Below are positions 38,428 to 51,440 of a stretch of DNA of 63,823 bases, piece after piece. A model generated the notes under the pieces. The model saw only the letters and a program-made list of their open reading frames with translations, had not been told where the DNA came from and ran no database searches. The stretch is from Paraspadella gotoi (taxonomy: Eukaryota > Animalia > Chaetognatha). Within the stretch, counting starts at the first letter, position 1. The number at the start of each line of letters is the position of its first letter. The stretch is taken from contig CM119266.1 in assembly GCA_051294375.1 (NCBI GenBank), positions 23,322,590 through 23,386,412 of the forward strand. Reading direction: 5' to 3'. The position numbers and the translations under genes are program-made.

Positions 38428-40617
38428 ACTCGCAAAATCATCTTCGGATACAGTAAAATATAAAATCAAGAGATTCGGCCGACGAATGTCAAACTTCTTT
38501 TTTTTCAATTTTAATAAAAAAATTAAATATTTTAACATTTTCAACTACTGAATTTATGAAGATACTGAATAAAGATAAATGTTAGCATTAGGAGTGAAGA
38601 GAAAATAATAGTCAAATTATATATACATAATGCATGCTCTCTCCTTCTCCTTCTCTCCTCTCTCTCTCTTTCTCTTCTCTCTTCTCTCTCTTCCTCTCTC
38701 TCTCTCTCTTCTCTCTCATCTCTCTCTCTCTCTCTCTCATGTTCTCTCTCTGTCTCTGTCTCTTTCGCTCTCATCTACTGTGCTCTTTTCGTTGCTCTCA
38801 TTCTGTCCTAGTTTTGATTTATATCCCTGTACGGGATGGAATTTACATCGCGACGAGAGATCGATAGAACACTAGATTCTTGCATGCAGCACTGCGTACG
38901 GCCAAGTTGAAGAAAAAAAAAATATCCGAGTGAATGACACGGTATCCCCCTGCAGATGGCGAAGAATGGATTCTGTTAGGATGACACCGATCACCCGGTA
39001 TGATGTCTTTTCGATCGCCATAACACTTAGCAGGAAGGGACGGTTTTCCGTGTCCTTGCGCACAAAATAAATATTGCATCAATTGACGATTATTTCGCAA
39101 TGGAAAGTGAAAGCAACCATTTTTAATCATTATTGGTTTCGCTGTATTTACATTCATATCAGTACAAAATTGATTGTTTTAACGAAAATTAACCACGGCG
39201 TATGTTAGCCTACCATATTAATTCCACGCCGTTTTTTCAATAGAACATGATAGGAGTGAAGGGGGTGAAGGCTGCGTGCGGCGTGGTGACGGCGCGCTAG
39301 TAGAGGGGGTGAAAGGCTGCGCGGTGAGGCAGGCTGTTAGAGGGGGGTGAAAGGCTGCGGCGGGTGAGGCAGGCTAGTCGTAGAGCTGACTGAGTCGAGA
39401 AAGAGTGAGTCGCTTTTCAAATATCGACGAACCTGGGAATGTGAGCTTCAAAAACTACCGCCTGGAGGAGAGAGAAGTCTTACTCGGAATTGGAAAAAAA
39501 AAATTTAAAGATAAAATATGACAGTTACGCTGTGCAGCTTACTAATTACTATGTCGTGGGATCAATATTTAAGTTTTGTAGCCGCTATTTTAATTCGCCA
39601 ATGATGGCAAATATTAATATACAATATTTTTCAAAAAATTGATGTTGGCGTCGAAAACCTCCGATGAAATAAGTTTCGAGCGGAAAAAGTTTATATATTA
39701 TATATAATTTATATTATAATTATTTATAATCCAGTCATATGAAAAAACGAAGAAAAAATGACAAAGCTGATGGTTACGCGCCGGAAAAAGGAAGCTTACC
39801 GCCCCGCCATCACGTGTATCGCCGGAAGTGGGCGTGGTGAACTCGAAGGCCTATTTTCTCTCTATCATTTCACGTCGCGTGAAAGGATCTAAGTGGAAGA
39901 AAAGATGATGGAAAAGATGAGGACGGAATGTGATTGGATTTGGAATGGAGCATGGATATGGATGGGATTGATGGATGATGTGATGTGATGGAATGGCATG
40001 GATGAGGATGATGGATGACGGTAGAGTGAAAAAACCGACGCGAGAGAGAAAAGTGGAATGAAATGCGAAAAGGGAAAAGGAGAAATGGCATAACACGAAT
40101 GAGGCGAGCAAAGAAAGTTGAGAAGAAATTAGAATTTTGTTCGTTGAACACCATTTTCTTAATGGAAATAAGATTTATATTATAAATCGATCGGGCGATT
40201 TGATCTTTTTTGGAACCATAACTTTTAAACTAATTTGTTAATTTCATCATTTAATAAAGTTGGAAGAGTAAAAACGTTTTTAATAAAAAAAGTATAGAAG
40301 AGAGTAAAAAATAAAGAAATCTCTCGGGAATCGATCTTCTATTTTATACGCATTACAGTCGTTCCAAGAGCCCATGTGAATTACTTCTCTCTCTCTCCTC
40401 TCTTTTCTTTCTTTTCTCTTCTTTCTTTTCTTTTTTTTCTTTTGCAGATGTTCACAATCCGCAATTTAATTCTACTTTTTTGCTGCATGAGGGAAAAGAT
40501 CAGCTTCAGTAGATTCTGCCTAATGTTTCTTGATGCCTCCTTTTGTGTTCAGCGTTTCAATCTACAAATCTTTTATTTTCTTCTTTTCTTCTCGTTTCCT
40601 CTCTCCTCTCTCTCTCT

Positions 40618-40683
<66 letters not shown>

Positions 40684-41556
40684 AGGCCTGGCACAAAATC
40701 TCACAAATGATGCTACTGATACATCTAAAGCCGCTTTCTTATTTTTCTCTGACATAAACGAGAACTAAAGGAGGGTAATTCGGGGGCGTTGTAAAAAGCT
40801 CCAATAATCAGTTGTTTTTTCTACAGTCGAACGCGTGTTTTATATTTTCGCATTGAAATTTTACGGGTGAGAAGGATCTTTATTCTACATTGCACAATGA
40901 TACTACTAAAACCAGTGAATCGTTCAATGTCATCGCGCATAATAGATATACGAGCTTTCAATTTTTTTTTGTATACTTCACACGAAACAATCGGCGAGAA
41001 TGTTTTTAATAAAAGATTCATCCGGAGAAGTTTTCCCCCTCCTTTCCCAAGAGTATTTTCGACTCGGCAAACGACCTGAAACGAAGATCTTCGTTGTGAG
41101 AGAAAAAAAAACAAAAAACAATGCGTTCGTTTCGCTCCTCAACGGTTACGAAGATTTCCTAATTTCCTCCGTTCTTTACTGCCTTCTTTTAACTACTTTA
41201 TGACATTTAAGTTATCAGAGACTTTCTGCAATAGAAAGCTTAATAAAGAAAAAGAGTAAAAATGTCTAGTTTTTCTGGTCAATTTTCAAAATTGTGTTTT
41301 GATTTAATGTATATGACTAGTATCGCCTAACACTTTTTTCTGAAAATTTTCCTTCTTTGTTTTCAAGTCATTTTGCCTCAAAATGTATTGTCCATTGATG
41401 GTTGGGAAATTATTTGTATTTCCTATTCCATGCCATTTGTGTCTGGATTTTTGTTGGCTGCATCAGGTCACAATACATTTGAGTTCACCACTTCGAGGTT
41501 TTGGGTTCAAAAATCTGAAACGAAATGAACAGAACCTTGAATCACTATCCGTATAC

Positions 41557-41590
<34 letters not shown>
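38428..41590 (-). repeat. Inverted duplication 2, arm B'; likely assembly artefact
   Basis: Starts after a 25-N gap (38403-38427) and ends in (GA)n. It contains real sequence where arm B has N gaps, and it is indel-rich. Confidence 0.9.
39255..39378. repeat. ~38-bp tandem repeat TTAGAGGGGGGTGAAAGGCTGCGGCGGTGAGGCAGGC, about 3 copies
   Basis: Direct units visible. Corresponds to the N gap 37137-37318 in the inverted arm. Confidence 0.75.
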
Positions 41591-41591
<1 letters not shown>

Positions 41592-42108
41592 CTGACGGGT
41601 CGAGGAAAACCTACCAGGTGGAAGTCTGAGGGAGGGCCTTAGTTTTAGATTTATGCTTTCATCCTGTCACAAATATTATTTTGGTTTGTTTTTATGTAAA
41701 AAAAATATTCATGCTCAGTTCTGTTAAGGTTTTGACCGATAATAAATTGTTGATGTTAAATCATTATTATTTAGAAATTGCTATCTTGGTTCATTTTATA
41801 TTTCTTTCTTACGGGAAAATTTTTTAAAAAAAAGTCAAGAACAATAAAGACTCCTCAAGTTTCCAAAGCTTATAAATGTTTAATACTAAATAAAACATTT
41901 TTGAAATGGTGATTTTAATTTTTATCATTCTCGAATTCCCTTCCCAGTTTTCCCAGAAGCCGCGACTCCGGAACTCCCGTCCCCAACCCACTTGCCTCAT
42001 ATCTCATGCTCGTCACGGGACCCGCGTCCCGAACAAGCGCCCCGCCCACTCGTCGTCGTAACTCAACGGCGTCGCGGGGCCCCGGTCCAAGAGAGGCCCT
42101 CCCCTTCG

Positions 42109-42172
42109 GTCGTAAACGCCGTCGTAAACGCGGCCACAAAAGTGACGTTTACGATCGTAAAAGCGTCGTAAA
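42109..42172. promoter_or_regulatory. Homotypic cluster of five TCGTAAA (Cdx / Abd-B-class Hox-like) sites
   Basis: GTCGTAAA at 42109, 42121 and 42165; perfect palindrome TTTACGATCGTAAA at 42148-42161. Function is inferred. Confidence 0.55.
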
Positions 42173-42236
42173 CACGGGATAAGCTGACGGAGAGAGAGAG
42201 AGAGAGAAGAGAGAGAAGAGAGAGAGAGAGAGAGAA

Positions 42237-42272
<36 letters not shown>

Positions 42273-45200
42273 AAATACGAGAGTCGATTACGAGTCGGCA
42301 CGATTACGCGCGCGTCTGAAAAAATGGGGAAGAAAACCCAAGGTAAAAGCTTAAAGAGAGAAACTTAAAAAATAATTTCGATTTAAAAGGCGCCTGGGAA
42401 AGTTCGAAAATTGCCGTTGCACGTATTTTATGAGTACATTTTCTCCATTTGAAGACAGATATTTTGAAGAAAAATGCATTTATCATAAACATATTGGTCG
42501 ATTTCTCAAGAATAATTTTAAAATCAACCGTTAGTACTTGGTAATACATTTTTTTAGAAAGTTTTCAAAGTCATTTTAGAACATTTCCGAAAATAGTTTT
42601 AATTGGAAAGAACTTCATCTTGAAAGAATGTATCTTAAACAACTCTTAAAACAGAACCATATAAATTTCCCTCTTTGCCGCAAAGACCCCGCGGACAAAT
42701 GACCCGCACATCGACTCGGTGACCCTCTTCGCGACCCCGACAGCCGAGACGTCGAAAACCCGCGAGTTCGACAATGAGTTATGACTGAGAAAGGGGGGGG
42801 GGGCTCGGTGGAAGGGAGCGTCGGACTCATGAACGTATGAATGTTTGATCGAACGAAGAAGCCCAAAATATGATAGTTAGCGAAAAATAGCTATTATGAT
42901 CGAAGTTTATAGAAAATATAAAATTATTAAAGTCAGACTTTCATTACTATTTTAAAGTTTGAAAATTTAAACTGAGAAAATTGGAAAAAAAAGTTTTAAA
43001 TTTTTTTTCGAAGTCGAAACACGAAAAAAAAATGAAATAAAAAAAAAACCAAAGTTTCGTCTTCTCCACCTCGAGATGTCCTTCGCGTTTCGGCTCGGAA
43101 CCTTGCTCAGTTGCTCTCACCGAGTTACGACCTTGAACCAGACCAAGCTTTTTTAAGCGGAGGAGAAAATGAAAAAAAGGGTCGAGAAAAAGAAACGGAG
43201 AGAAAAACTGAAAAAAGAAATGAAAAGGCGTTCGAATGTGAAACTAATATTTCCAAACAAAAGAAATAGGTCGGGAGAAAAATGGGAAAAAATGATTGGA
43301 GAGAACTGAGAAGAAAAGAATAGAAAGAAGAGGAGTATATAGAAGTGAAGAGACGAGGTTAGAAAAGAAAAGAGAGAGGAAAGAAAAATATGAGAATGAG
43401 AGGAGAAAATTAGGATGGAAGAGATGATAAAATAGAGAAAAAAAGCAAAGAGAAAATTAAAAAAAAAACAAACGTCGTATCCGTGAAGAAAGACTAGAGA
43501 AAAAACAAAAGAGGGGCTTAGAAGGAAAGATAAGAGAAAAGAAGTGATAAATGTAAGATAGAAAAGTAAAAAAGAAAGAAAATATAACAGAAGCGAAAAG
43601 AGGAGAAGAGAAGAGAAGAGAAGAGACAAGAAGTGAAGAAAGAAAAGAAAAGAAAAGAAAAGAAAAGAAAAGAAAAGAAAAGAAAAGAAAAGAAAAGAAA
43701 AGAAAAGAAAAGAAAAGACAAGAAAGAAAAAAGCCTAAAACCCTGAACCCCCATTTTTCTAGACTTTTCGGGCAAAACAACATTGAGTCTAACCTCTAAC
43801 GGATGCCGAGAGTAATAAGAGCGGGTCACGAGAGTCACCCTTTCATGGGTTCTTTTTACTAATGGAAGGAGAAAAGAAAAAAAAAAGATCAAGTTTGCCG
43901 CGCGAGGGTTCGCCGAGGGAGTTAGGGCGCGAGGGAGCGAGGTAGAGAGAAAGAAAGTGAGAGAGAGAGGGTGCGAGAGAGAGAGGAAAAGTGGGAGAGA
44001 GGGAGCGAAGGGAAGCGAGAGCGAGAGAGTGATGGACCAAGGGAGTGAGGCGAAGCGACAACCAGGGAAGAGGGAAAAGGGGCAGAAATCGTGTGGGTGG
44101 GAGGTTAGCGAGATTTCAATGGGGAAAGACGCCTAGGATACATATAGTACATGGAAAAGACAAAGAGTAATAGAAGATGGCATTGAGGAGAGGTGTGAAG
44201 ATTCCGGAACGGCCGAGAATCAAAGTGTAGCAAACGTAGGAGTTTGCGTGAGCAGTGTCGATCTCAAGTGAGAGATGATTCGACGGAAAGGTGATCCGAC
44301 TCAGAATATAACGAAAAAAAAGTGAGGGTGTCATAAATGACCCGAATTGCGGGTGACATCCAAGACGATTAAGCGGGAGTGACAGAGGCGCTCATTTCCT
44401 CGCGAAGGGCGGATCAAAGAAAGTTGACGTTCGCAGGTGCGTCATTAGCGTTTATCCGAGGGAGGGAAGGATCGTTAGCGCGTCGTTGGCGCGAATCGAA
44501 ACTAACGGAAGTTGACGCTGCGTCATTTGAATCGAGTCGGAATGAAGGGAGTGATTACGGGGGGTGTTGTGGTGCTTTGTATAGATTGAGTTGATAGGAT
44601 TATGTAGTTACTAAANNNNNNNNNNNNNNNNNNNNNNNNNNNNNNNNNNNNNNNNNNNNNNNNNNNNNNNNNNNNNNNNNNNNNNNNNNNNNNNNNNNNN
44701 NNNNNNNNNNNNNNNNNNNNNNNNNNNNNNNNNNNNNNNNNNNNNNNNNNNNNNNNNNNNNNNNNNNNNNNNNNNNNNNNNNNNNNNNNNNNNNNNNNNN
44801 NNNNNNNNNNTAAACTTGGAACTAAAGTTAATAAAGTAACTACTTAAAAATGCAATTTGAATAAACGAACTGCTTTTTTTCCTTCGCCTTTCGCGGGGGT
44901 GAGTAATGGTGAGTTAGAAAAAGTGGGAGAGTAAACTACATTCGGTGTGGGAAAATGACACGACTTTGAAAAGAGAGAAAGGTAAGGTTGGCAGCTGGCG
45001 AGAAAAGTAAGGATTGGGGAGGAAAATTTGGGAGGGAATTCTAAGCTGGAAACGGCGTGAATGGGACGGAATCATCTGAGGCGTTAATGGAAAGCGGAGT
45101 CAAAACAGAAGCCAAACGGCGGCGCCAAGGAGACGGAGAAAAGGGGAGGCGTTGAAGAGACGGGGGAAGGGGATGGAGGGAGAGAAGGGGGGTTAATATG

Positions 45201-45516
45201 GAAAGGGATCGCAGAAAGGGAGTTGGTGAGAGGGGCAGAGGAATAAGGGAGGGGGCGAAAGATTTTGCTGAAGGCAGTGGGAAAAGGGGAGACTAATATC
45301 AAAGAATGAAAAAAAAAAAGAAAATGAGTTGAAGTTAATATTATGTCACACATATAACTTTTAACGTTTATGTTATGTCACACCATCGTTAAACGAACGA
45401 AAAAACATCAGCATAAAAATCATAACTGATTTTTACGCCTAACTCTTTGTTCAAAGACAACAAACGTAACAAGGCCTCCTCAATGCTGAACCTTTGTCAC
45501 TTACGAATTATGAGTT

Positions 45517-45554
45517 CTCTCTCTTCTCTCTCTCTCTCTCTCCTTCTCTCTCTC

Positions 45555-45605
<51 letters not shown>

Positions 45606-46192
45606 ACTTCTCTCCTCTTCTCTCTCTCTTTCGCTCTTCTCTACTGTTAGCTCTTTTCCTCTCTCATTCTGTCCTAGTTTTGATTTATATCCCTGGTTAT
45701 CGGGATGGAATTTACTCGCTCGACGAGAGATCGATAGAGATCACCGATTCTTCGCATTGATGACTGTACGGGCAGGTTTGAAGAAAAAAAAATACTCCGG
45801 ACGTGAATAACACGGTCCCCTGCAGATGAGGAAATGGATTCGTAGGAATGACACACGATCCACCCGATGAATGTCTTTTCGATTCGCATGGACACTAGCA
45901 GGGAAAGGGACGGTTTTCGTGTCTGCGCAAAAAATAAATATTTGCATCATTTGACGGATATTCAGCAATGGAAATTGAAAGCCAACCATTTTTAAATCAT
46001 TATTGTATTGCTCGTGTATTTACATTCATATCATAACCAAATGATTGTTTTTTAAGAAAAATTAACCAGCGCCGTTATGCCCTACCATTAATTCCACCGC
46101 TGTTTTTTCAATAGAAACATGGAATAGGAGGAAGGGGTGGTGAAAGGCTGCGGCGGTGAGGCAGCGCCTAGTTAGACGCTGAAGGCTGCGGC
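45517..46192. repeat. Third copy of part of duplication 2 (same orientation as 38630-39375)
   Basis: CTCTCATTCTGTCCTAGTTTTGATTTATATCCCTG...GAAAGGCTGCGGCGGTGAGGCAG is shared with 38.8-39.4 kb and, inverted, with 37.3-37.9 kb. Starts in a (CT)n tract. Confidence 0.9.
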
Positions 46193-49100
46193 CTTAACAA
46201 TTTATTTTCCCTCTTTTTATCTCTTTATTAAACGCGCAAGCAAACTTTTATGGTTTAAGGATAATTATCGTCAGGGTTACATCGCGTCTTCGAGATCAAC
46301 GAGACTCGAGAAAACGAGAGAAAGGAGGAGCAGGATGACCGAAAAATATTCCGGAGGGCGTAAAGAACGCCAGGGGGCGTCGCCGTTTCGTCCTTGTTCG
46401 TCGTCGTCTTCGAAGAAAACGGGGCGTGTCGACGAGGTTTCCGACGGACGCATCTCCGGCGCCACGTCGACATCTGCGTTTCAAAGTCACAAATGGCGTC
46501 AACAGGCTTATAGACGCGGCAGCAGCGGAGGCTGAGAAAGCGTAAGCTAAGGAAAGTTTATTTTTCTTTAAACTCAAGGACTAGGATATCTAGATTGTAG
46601 CCTCGTTTTCACTTCTGATTCTCGAAATGCCGTTTGGTCAGAAAAAGAAAGTCGTCGTCAGCAGGAAAACGAAAGTACTTATAAAGCGAAGAAAGAGACG
46701 GGATTTGAGTGCTGAATAAATATTAAATAAATGAATACTAAAAGGCCAGAGCTGAGAAATTGTGTGGCAATAACGAAACTGGCGACATCACCGACAAAGG
46801 AACAGGAGACATAGTAGAGGGAGGCCGGTCAAATGTCGATATAACGGGCAGATGGGATTCTCATTGATTGAAGAATTGATTCGAAAGCCCGACGACGATA
46901 ATTAAGACGACGACGAAGAGAGCGAGAAAAAAAGATATCGAATAAGATTATGGGAATTGTGATCCGATAAAATCTTGAAAGATGTTAAAATGTGGTTTTA
47001 AAAATAGAACACAAAAAAAAAAAAAATGAAGCAATATATAACGTTGATAATGCTTCATGTAATTTCCATAAATCTTTTTTCTTAGGTTGTAAACTTATTT
47101 ATTTAACCATCAAATTTAAAATTTCCCCGACACATCGTTACTGACAATTCTGGAAATAAACGCGATACAAATACAATCAAATACAATTCACGAATTCCGA
47201 AAGCCAAATCGTTAAATACTTGTACGCCCGACGGTATCTAAGCAGTAGAATCTGTATAAAGGGCATGCTTGGAAACTAAATGTGTTGATGTCATGTGTCG
47301 CCTACGACGTTGAATACCGACGTCGACGACGACGCCGACGACGACGACAACGACAACGCACGCATCAACAATCGCTTAATCAAATTCCACACACAGTTAA
47401 TTTCGACTGAATTCAGGTTCGATCTTATTTTGCACAGATAGAAAGCAATACGTACAAATATTTGGCGCGAAAATTAAATTGACAATGAAAAGTTAACATA
47501 AAGCTTTTGCGTCCCCGAGCGCTCGGTCGAAAAAAATCCGCAAGGGGACACGACAAAAAGGTAAGCGATTATCATGCAAGTAAAAAAAGACTTACCCACT
47601 ATACGACGTATGGAAATCGCGGCGCCGCATGAAGTGGAATCCCAGGCCACGTTCCGTGGAGACAGCCCGAGGAAAAGGGGAAGTCGGAGGAAAGTATGGT
47701 GGTGGAGGAGGAGGAGGAGGAGGAGGAAGAGGAGGAGGAGGAGGAGCAGGAGGCAATAGCAAAGACGAACGTTGAGAGACGATGTGGAATACGATATACA
47801 AGAGTAAGAAAAGAGGAAGAAGACTTAAGAAGAAGAGGAAGAAGAAGAGAGAATAGATAAAAAAAGAAGGAGGAAGGAGAAAAAGTCGTAAGGAAAAAAG
47901 CCAATCGTTTAAAAATTCTATGAGATGATCATTAATGCAAAAAGAATTAGATTAAAAGGAAAAAAATACAAGTGAAGAAAAGAAGGAAAAAATGATGAGT
48001 GAAACGAAAATGTATTTGGAGACGTTGAATACAAAAGAAAGATCAGAAAGAAAGCAAAGAAAGTACAGATTTATGTGGTAGTGAATTCGTATAATTAAAA
48101 TAAAATTGATGACAAAAAAACTAATAAAAGTAATAAACTTTGCACGAAAGAAAATACGATTTCATATTTAAAAATTGACCAAAAAAAAAGTCATTTTAAA
48201 AGTCGATTTCCGGTTTGACAAAAGGCGCGCCCTCCATCGGGCGTCGAGCGACGTTTCGTTTTCATGGAAACGTCGGTAGTCGGCCATAAACAAAATAGAG
48301 AAGGGAGAATCCATTCTTCCGAAAATAAGGAAATACAAGAAACACGACGAGAGAAAAGGAGGAGGAGGAGGATGAGGAGGAGGGGGAAGGAAGGACGACT
48401 CTTGTCCTATTTCCTTTCGCTTTCGGCTTTGTTCCCTTTTCTTCTCTCGATCTCCATCTCTCTCTCGTTTTTCTCTCCGGAGAACGAGTCCTCGACTCCT
48501 TTCCTCCTTTTCGCTCCTTTTCTCCCTCGCTCCTCCCTCTTTCCTCGCCGAAAGTCATCTTCCTCCTTCCCCCCCCNNNNNNNNNNNNNNNNNNNNNNNN
48601 NGTTTCTTGTCCCTTCTGTTTTCTATTCGTGGTTTGTTGATTTCAATTGAAAGCCATGCCTCCAGTCGTGGCGCATTAAGCGTGTGCTCGAACTGCGCTC
48701 TGATTCGCTGGGCAGCAGCGCGGCGAAGAGGCGAGGGAGTGCGTGAGTAGAGAGAGGAGAGGGCGGAAAGAGAGAGAGGATGAGGAAGGGAGGGTGAGGA
48801 GATAAGAGAAAAGAAAAGACTTAATTTGCGTCATCGGGTTGCTAGTCGCGCAGAATAGTGAAATGGGGAACCCAGCACGCGAAATGAGTGTTGCGTATAT
48901 ATAGGAATAATGGATTCGGAGACAGAGCCGAGTTAGCGGGTAGGAGTATGTGATTTTCGGGAAGGGGGCGTGCGGGTAGTAGAGCGGGACCGGTGACAGT
49001 CGATGAGTTAAAAGCGGATATGCGTCTCTGCTTTCGGGGATGAGCAGTCGAGTGAGTTAAAAGCGGATGAGTCGCGACTCGAGCAATTTCTGAAAAAGTT

Positions 49101-49491
49101 GTCCCTTTACACATTTGTCCCAGTTTCAAAAGAATTAATAGAAAAAAAAAAGATAAATAAAAACTTTTTTGTTCTTTAAAAATATTTTCACACTTTCACC
49201 TTTTTTAGGTGAGAAAAATTATCTTTCCGTGAAACTCACATTCTACATCAAGGTACAAAAACCAGTGCTCTGGAGGTCTGCGGCAAAGCCCCAAGGTTTC
49301 GCTGTCTCTTTCTCTCTCTATGTATCTTTCTCTCTCTCCTTCTCTATCTCTCTCGGTCTTTCTCTCTGCAGACAACAACACCTCATCATCAAGAAATCGT
49401 TAATTAGTTTCTTAATCGTTTTTGGTTAACGCTCTTTCTTTTCTCTGACGCCTAAACAGACGCGAAGACGCTGGCGAGAGAAGGCCTGATG

Positions 49492-49528
<37 letters not shown>

Positions 49529-51179
49529 NNNNNNNNNNNNNNNNNNNNNNNNNNNNNNNNNNNNNNNNNNNNNNNNNNNNNNNNNNNNNNNNNNNNNNNN
49601 NNNNNNNNNNNNNNNNNNNNNNNNNNNNNNNNNNNNNNNNNNNNNNNNNNAGATGGCGCTGGAATCGCTAATGACGCTCTGACGTCATCGTCTTTTGATG
49701 GAAAGCGCTCGCGGGCGTGCGCGCCAACGGGCAGAGAGCGAGCGAGTGAAAGACGGAGAGAAAGAGAGAGGGAGGGAGAGCAAGAGAGAGGAAGGGAAAG
49801 GGAGAGATCGCAAACGATCGCGCGGGTGAGAGAGAGAGAGAGAGAGAGGGAGAGATTTAAAGAATTGTCGTTTTAAATTCTTGCATTTTCTTTGAATTCA
49901 TCGACTCTTGGGGATTTCTCTCAAAACTAAAATACTTGACAACTGAAGATACAACCGAACGGCACTTAAGTCTAAGAACGCTACGAGTTTTCGGTTTTCA
50001 TCGGCCAACGTTGCTTCTCTGTTCGATCAGCTGTACTGTATCTTGCTCTCAATCTTACAAATTTTTTTTCGTTTCAACCTCCTTTCTCACAAATATATGA
50101 CTGGTGAAATCAATAATTACAATTAAAATTTTTTTCATAAAAAAGACAGTCAGTTTAAAAAAAGGTTTAATATTTTAACGTCTTTTTGTCTTTTTAGCAC
50201 AACTTTGAAAAACCTTTTTCATAATAATTTTTCTAAAAATTTTTATAATAAGAAATACTGTCCTAGACCCAAAAAAATGATAAAATAAATGATAAAAAAA
50301 ATCAAAATTCAAATAAAAATTCAAAACCTTTATATGAATCCCTTCAACCTCGTTTTCTTTTTAAACCCCTTCATCCTACTCCGTCGCCACCACCTCACCC
50401 TTAACCACCACCCCTACCCCCTTCGCCTCCCCTCTCTCTCGACTTTGATGAATAATAGCCACGTCTCCCTTTTTCTGGGCCGGTGAGGCCGGCAGCTCCG
50501 GCAGCACCGTCGAACCCCCCGGCGCCGGTAAGGGCCGGGTGAGGCTTGGAGGTAAATGAAAAATGTCCCGAATGCCGACTCTCGCCTTCCCCGTTCGCTC
50601 GAGGTTCCACCACGTCACCGATCCTCGGTTCTGGCTCGTNNNNNNNNNNNNNNNNNNNNNNNNNGGTTGGTATGTTTTAATATAGATGAAAAGTTTGTGA
50701 TATGATTGTCTTATATCATATCATTTTCACCACTATATATGTATATGTATGTGGCATATGATCTTTGATATGTTGTATATCTACATGTATATATATAAAA
50801 ATTATATGTATTTTATATATATAGTGTAACGATAATAATTGAGTGATAAGTTTTTTGAAAAATTTGATTATTTTTTTAACTTTTAAAAAGCTGTTATTAT
50901 CGGAATTTATTAGCTTAATGAAAATCACAAATTTAATAAGAGATTTTCTTGGATTTATTATATTTATTTATAAATAATATATTTATTAATATTACTATAT
51001 ATGATAGCCCCACCCCTACACCACTCTCCCTCCTACTCCTCCACTCACCCCTCACCACCACCCTACATTTCATCTAACCCATATAACTCATTATCTCTAA
51101 TAATAAATTTCACTCACATACACGTACATTTGTTTGTTTTTATTTATGATGAATTGTTAATCATCATCAACATCAATGA

Positions 51180-51440
51180 ATGCAATTATCACGGCATCAC
51201 GCATTTTGGTTATTACCGACACTCAATAATCATCTTGTTATACATACACAACCAGTCATGCGATCATTTGGTTAGTCACTCGACATCAATTAATGGTTTA
51301 TCAATCCACAATCAATCTATTGGTTAATCATCGGTCATCAAATATACTGGTTATCATCGCATCAAATCATTTGGGTTATCATCGGCCATTCAATCCTTTT
51401 GGTTATCAATCGGTGGGCATCAAATATTTGGTTATTATTG
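51180..51440. repeat. Degenerate array of the TGGTTATCATCG minisatellite
   Basis: TGGTTATCATCGCATCAAAT, GGGTTATCATCGGCCATTCAAT, TGGTTATCAATCGG etc. Noisy sequence near the 25-N gap at 50640-50664. Confidence 0.7.

Noticed and set aside
46368-46379. CGCCAGGGGGCG CTCF-like core (also CCGCGAGGTGG near 1087)
   Set aside because: Partial motif matches only; cannot be distinguished from chance without PWM scoring or ChIP.
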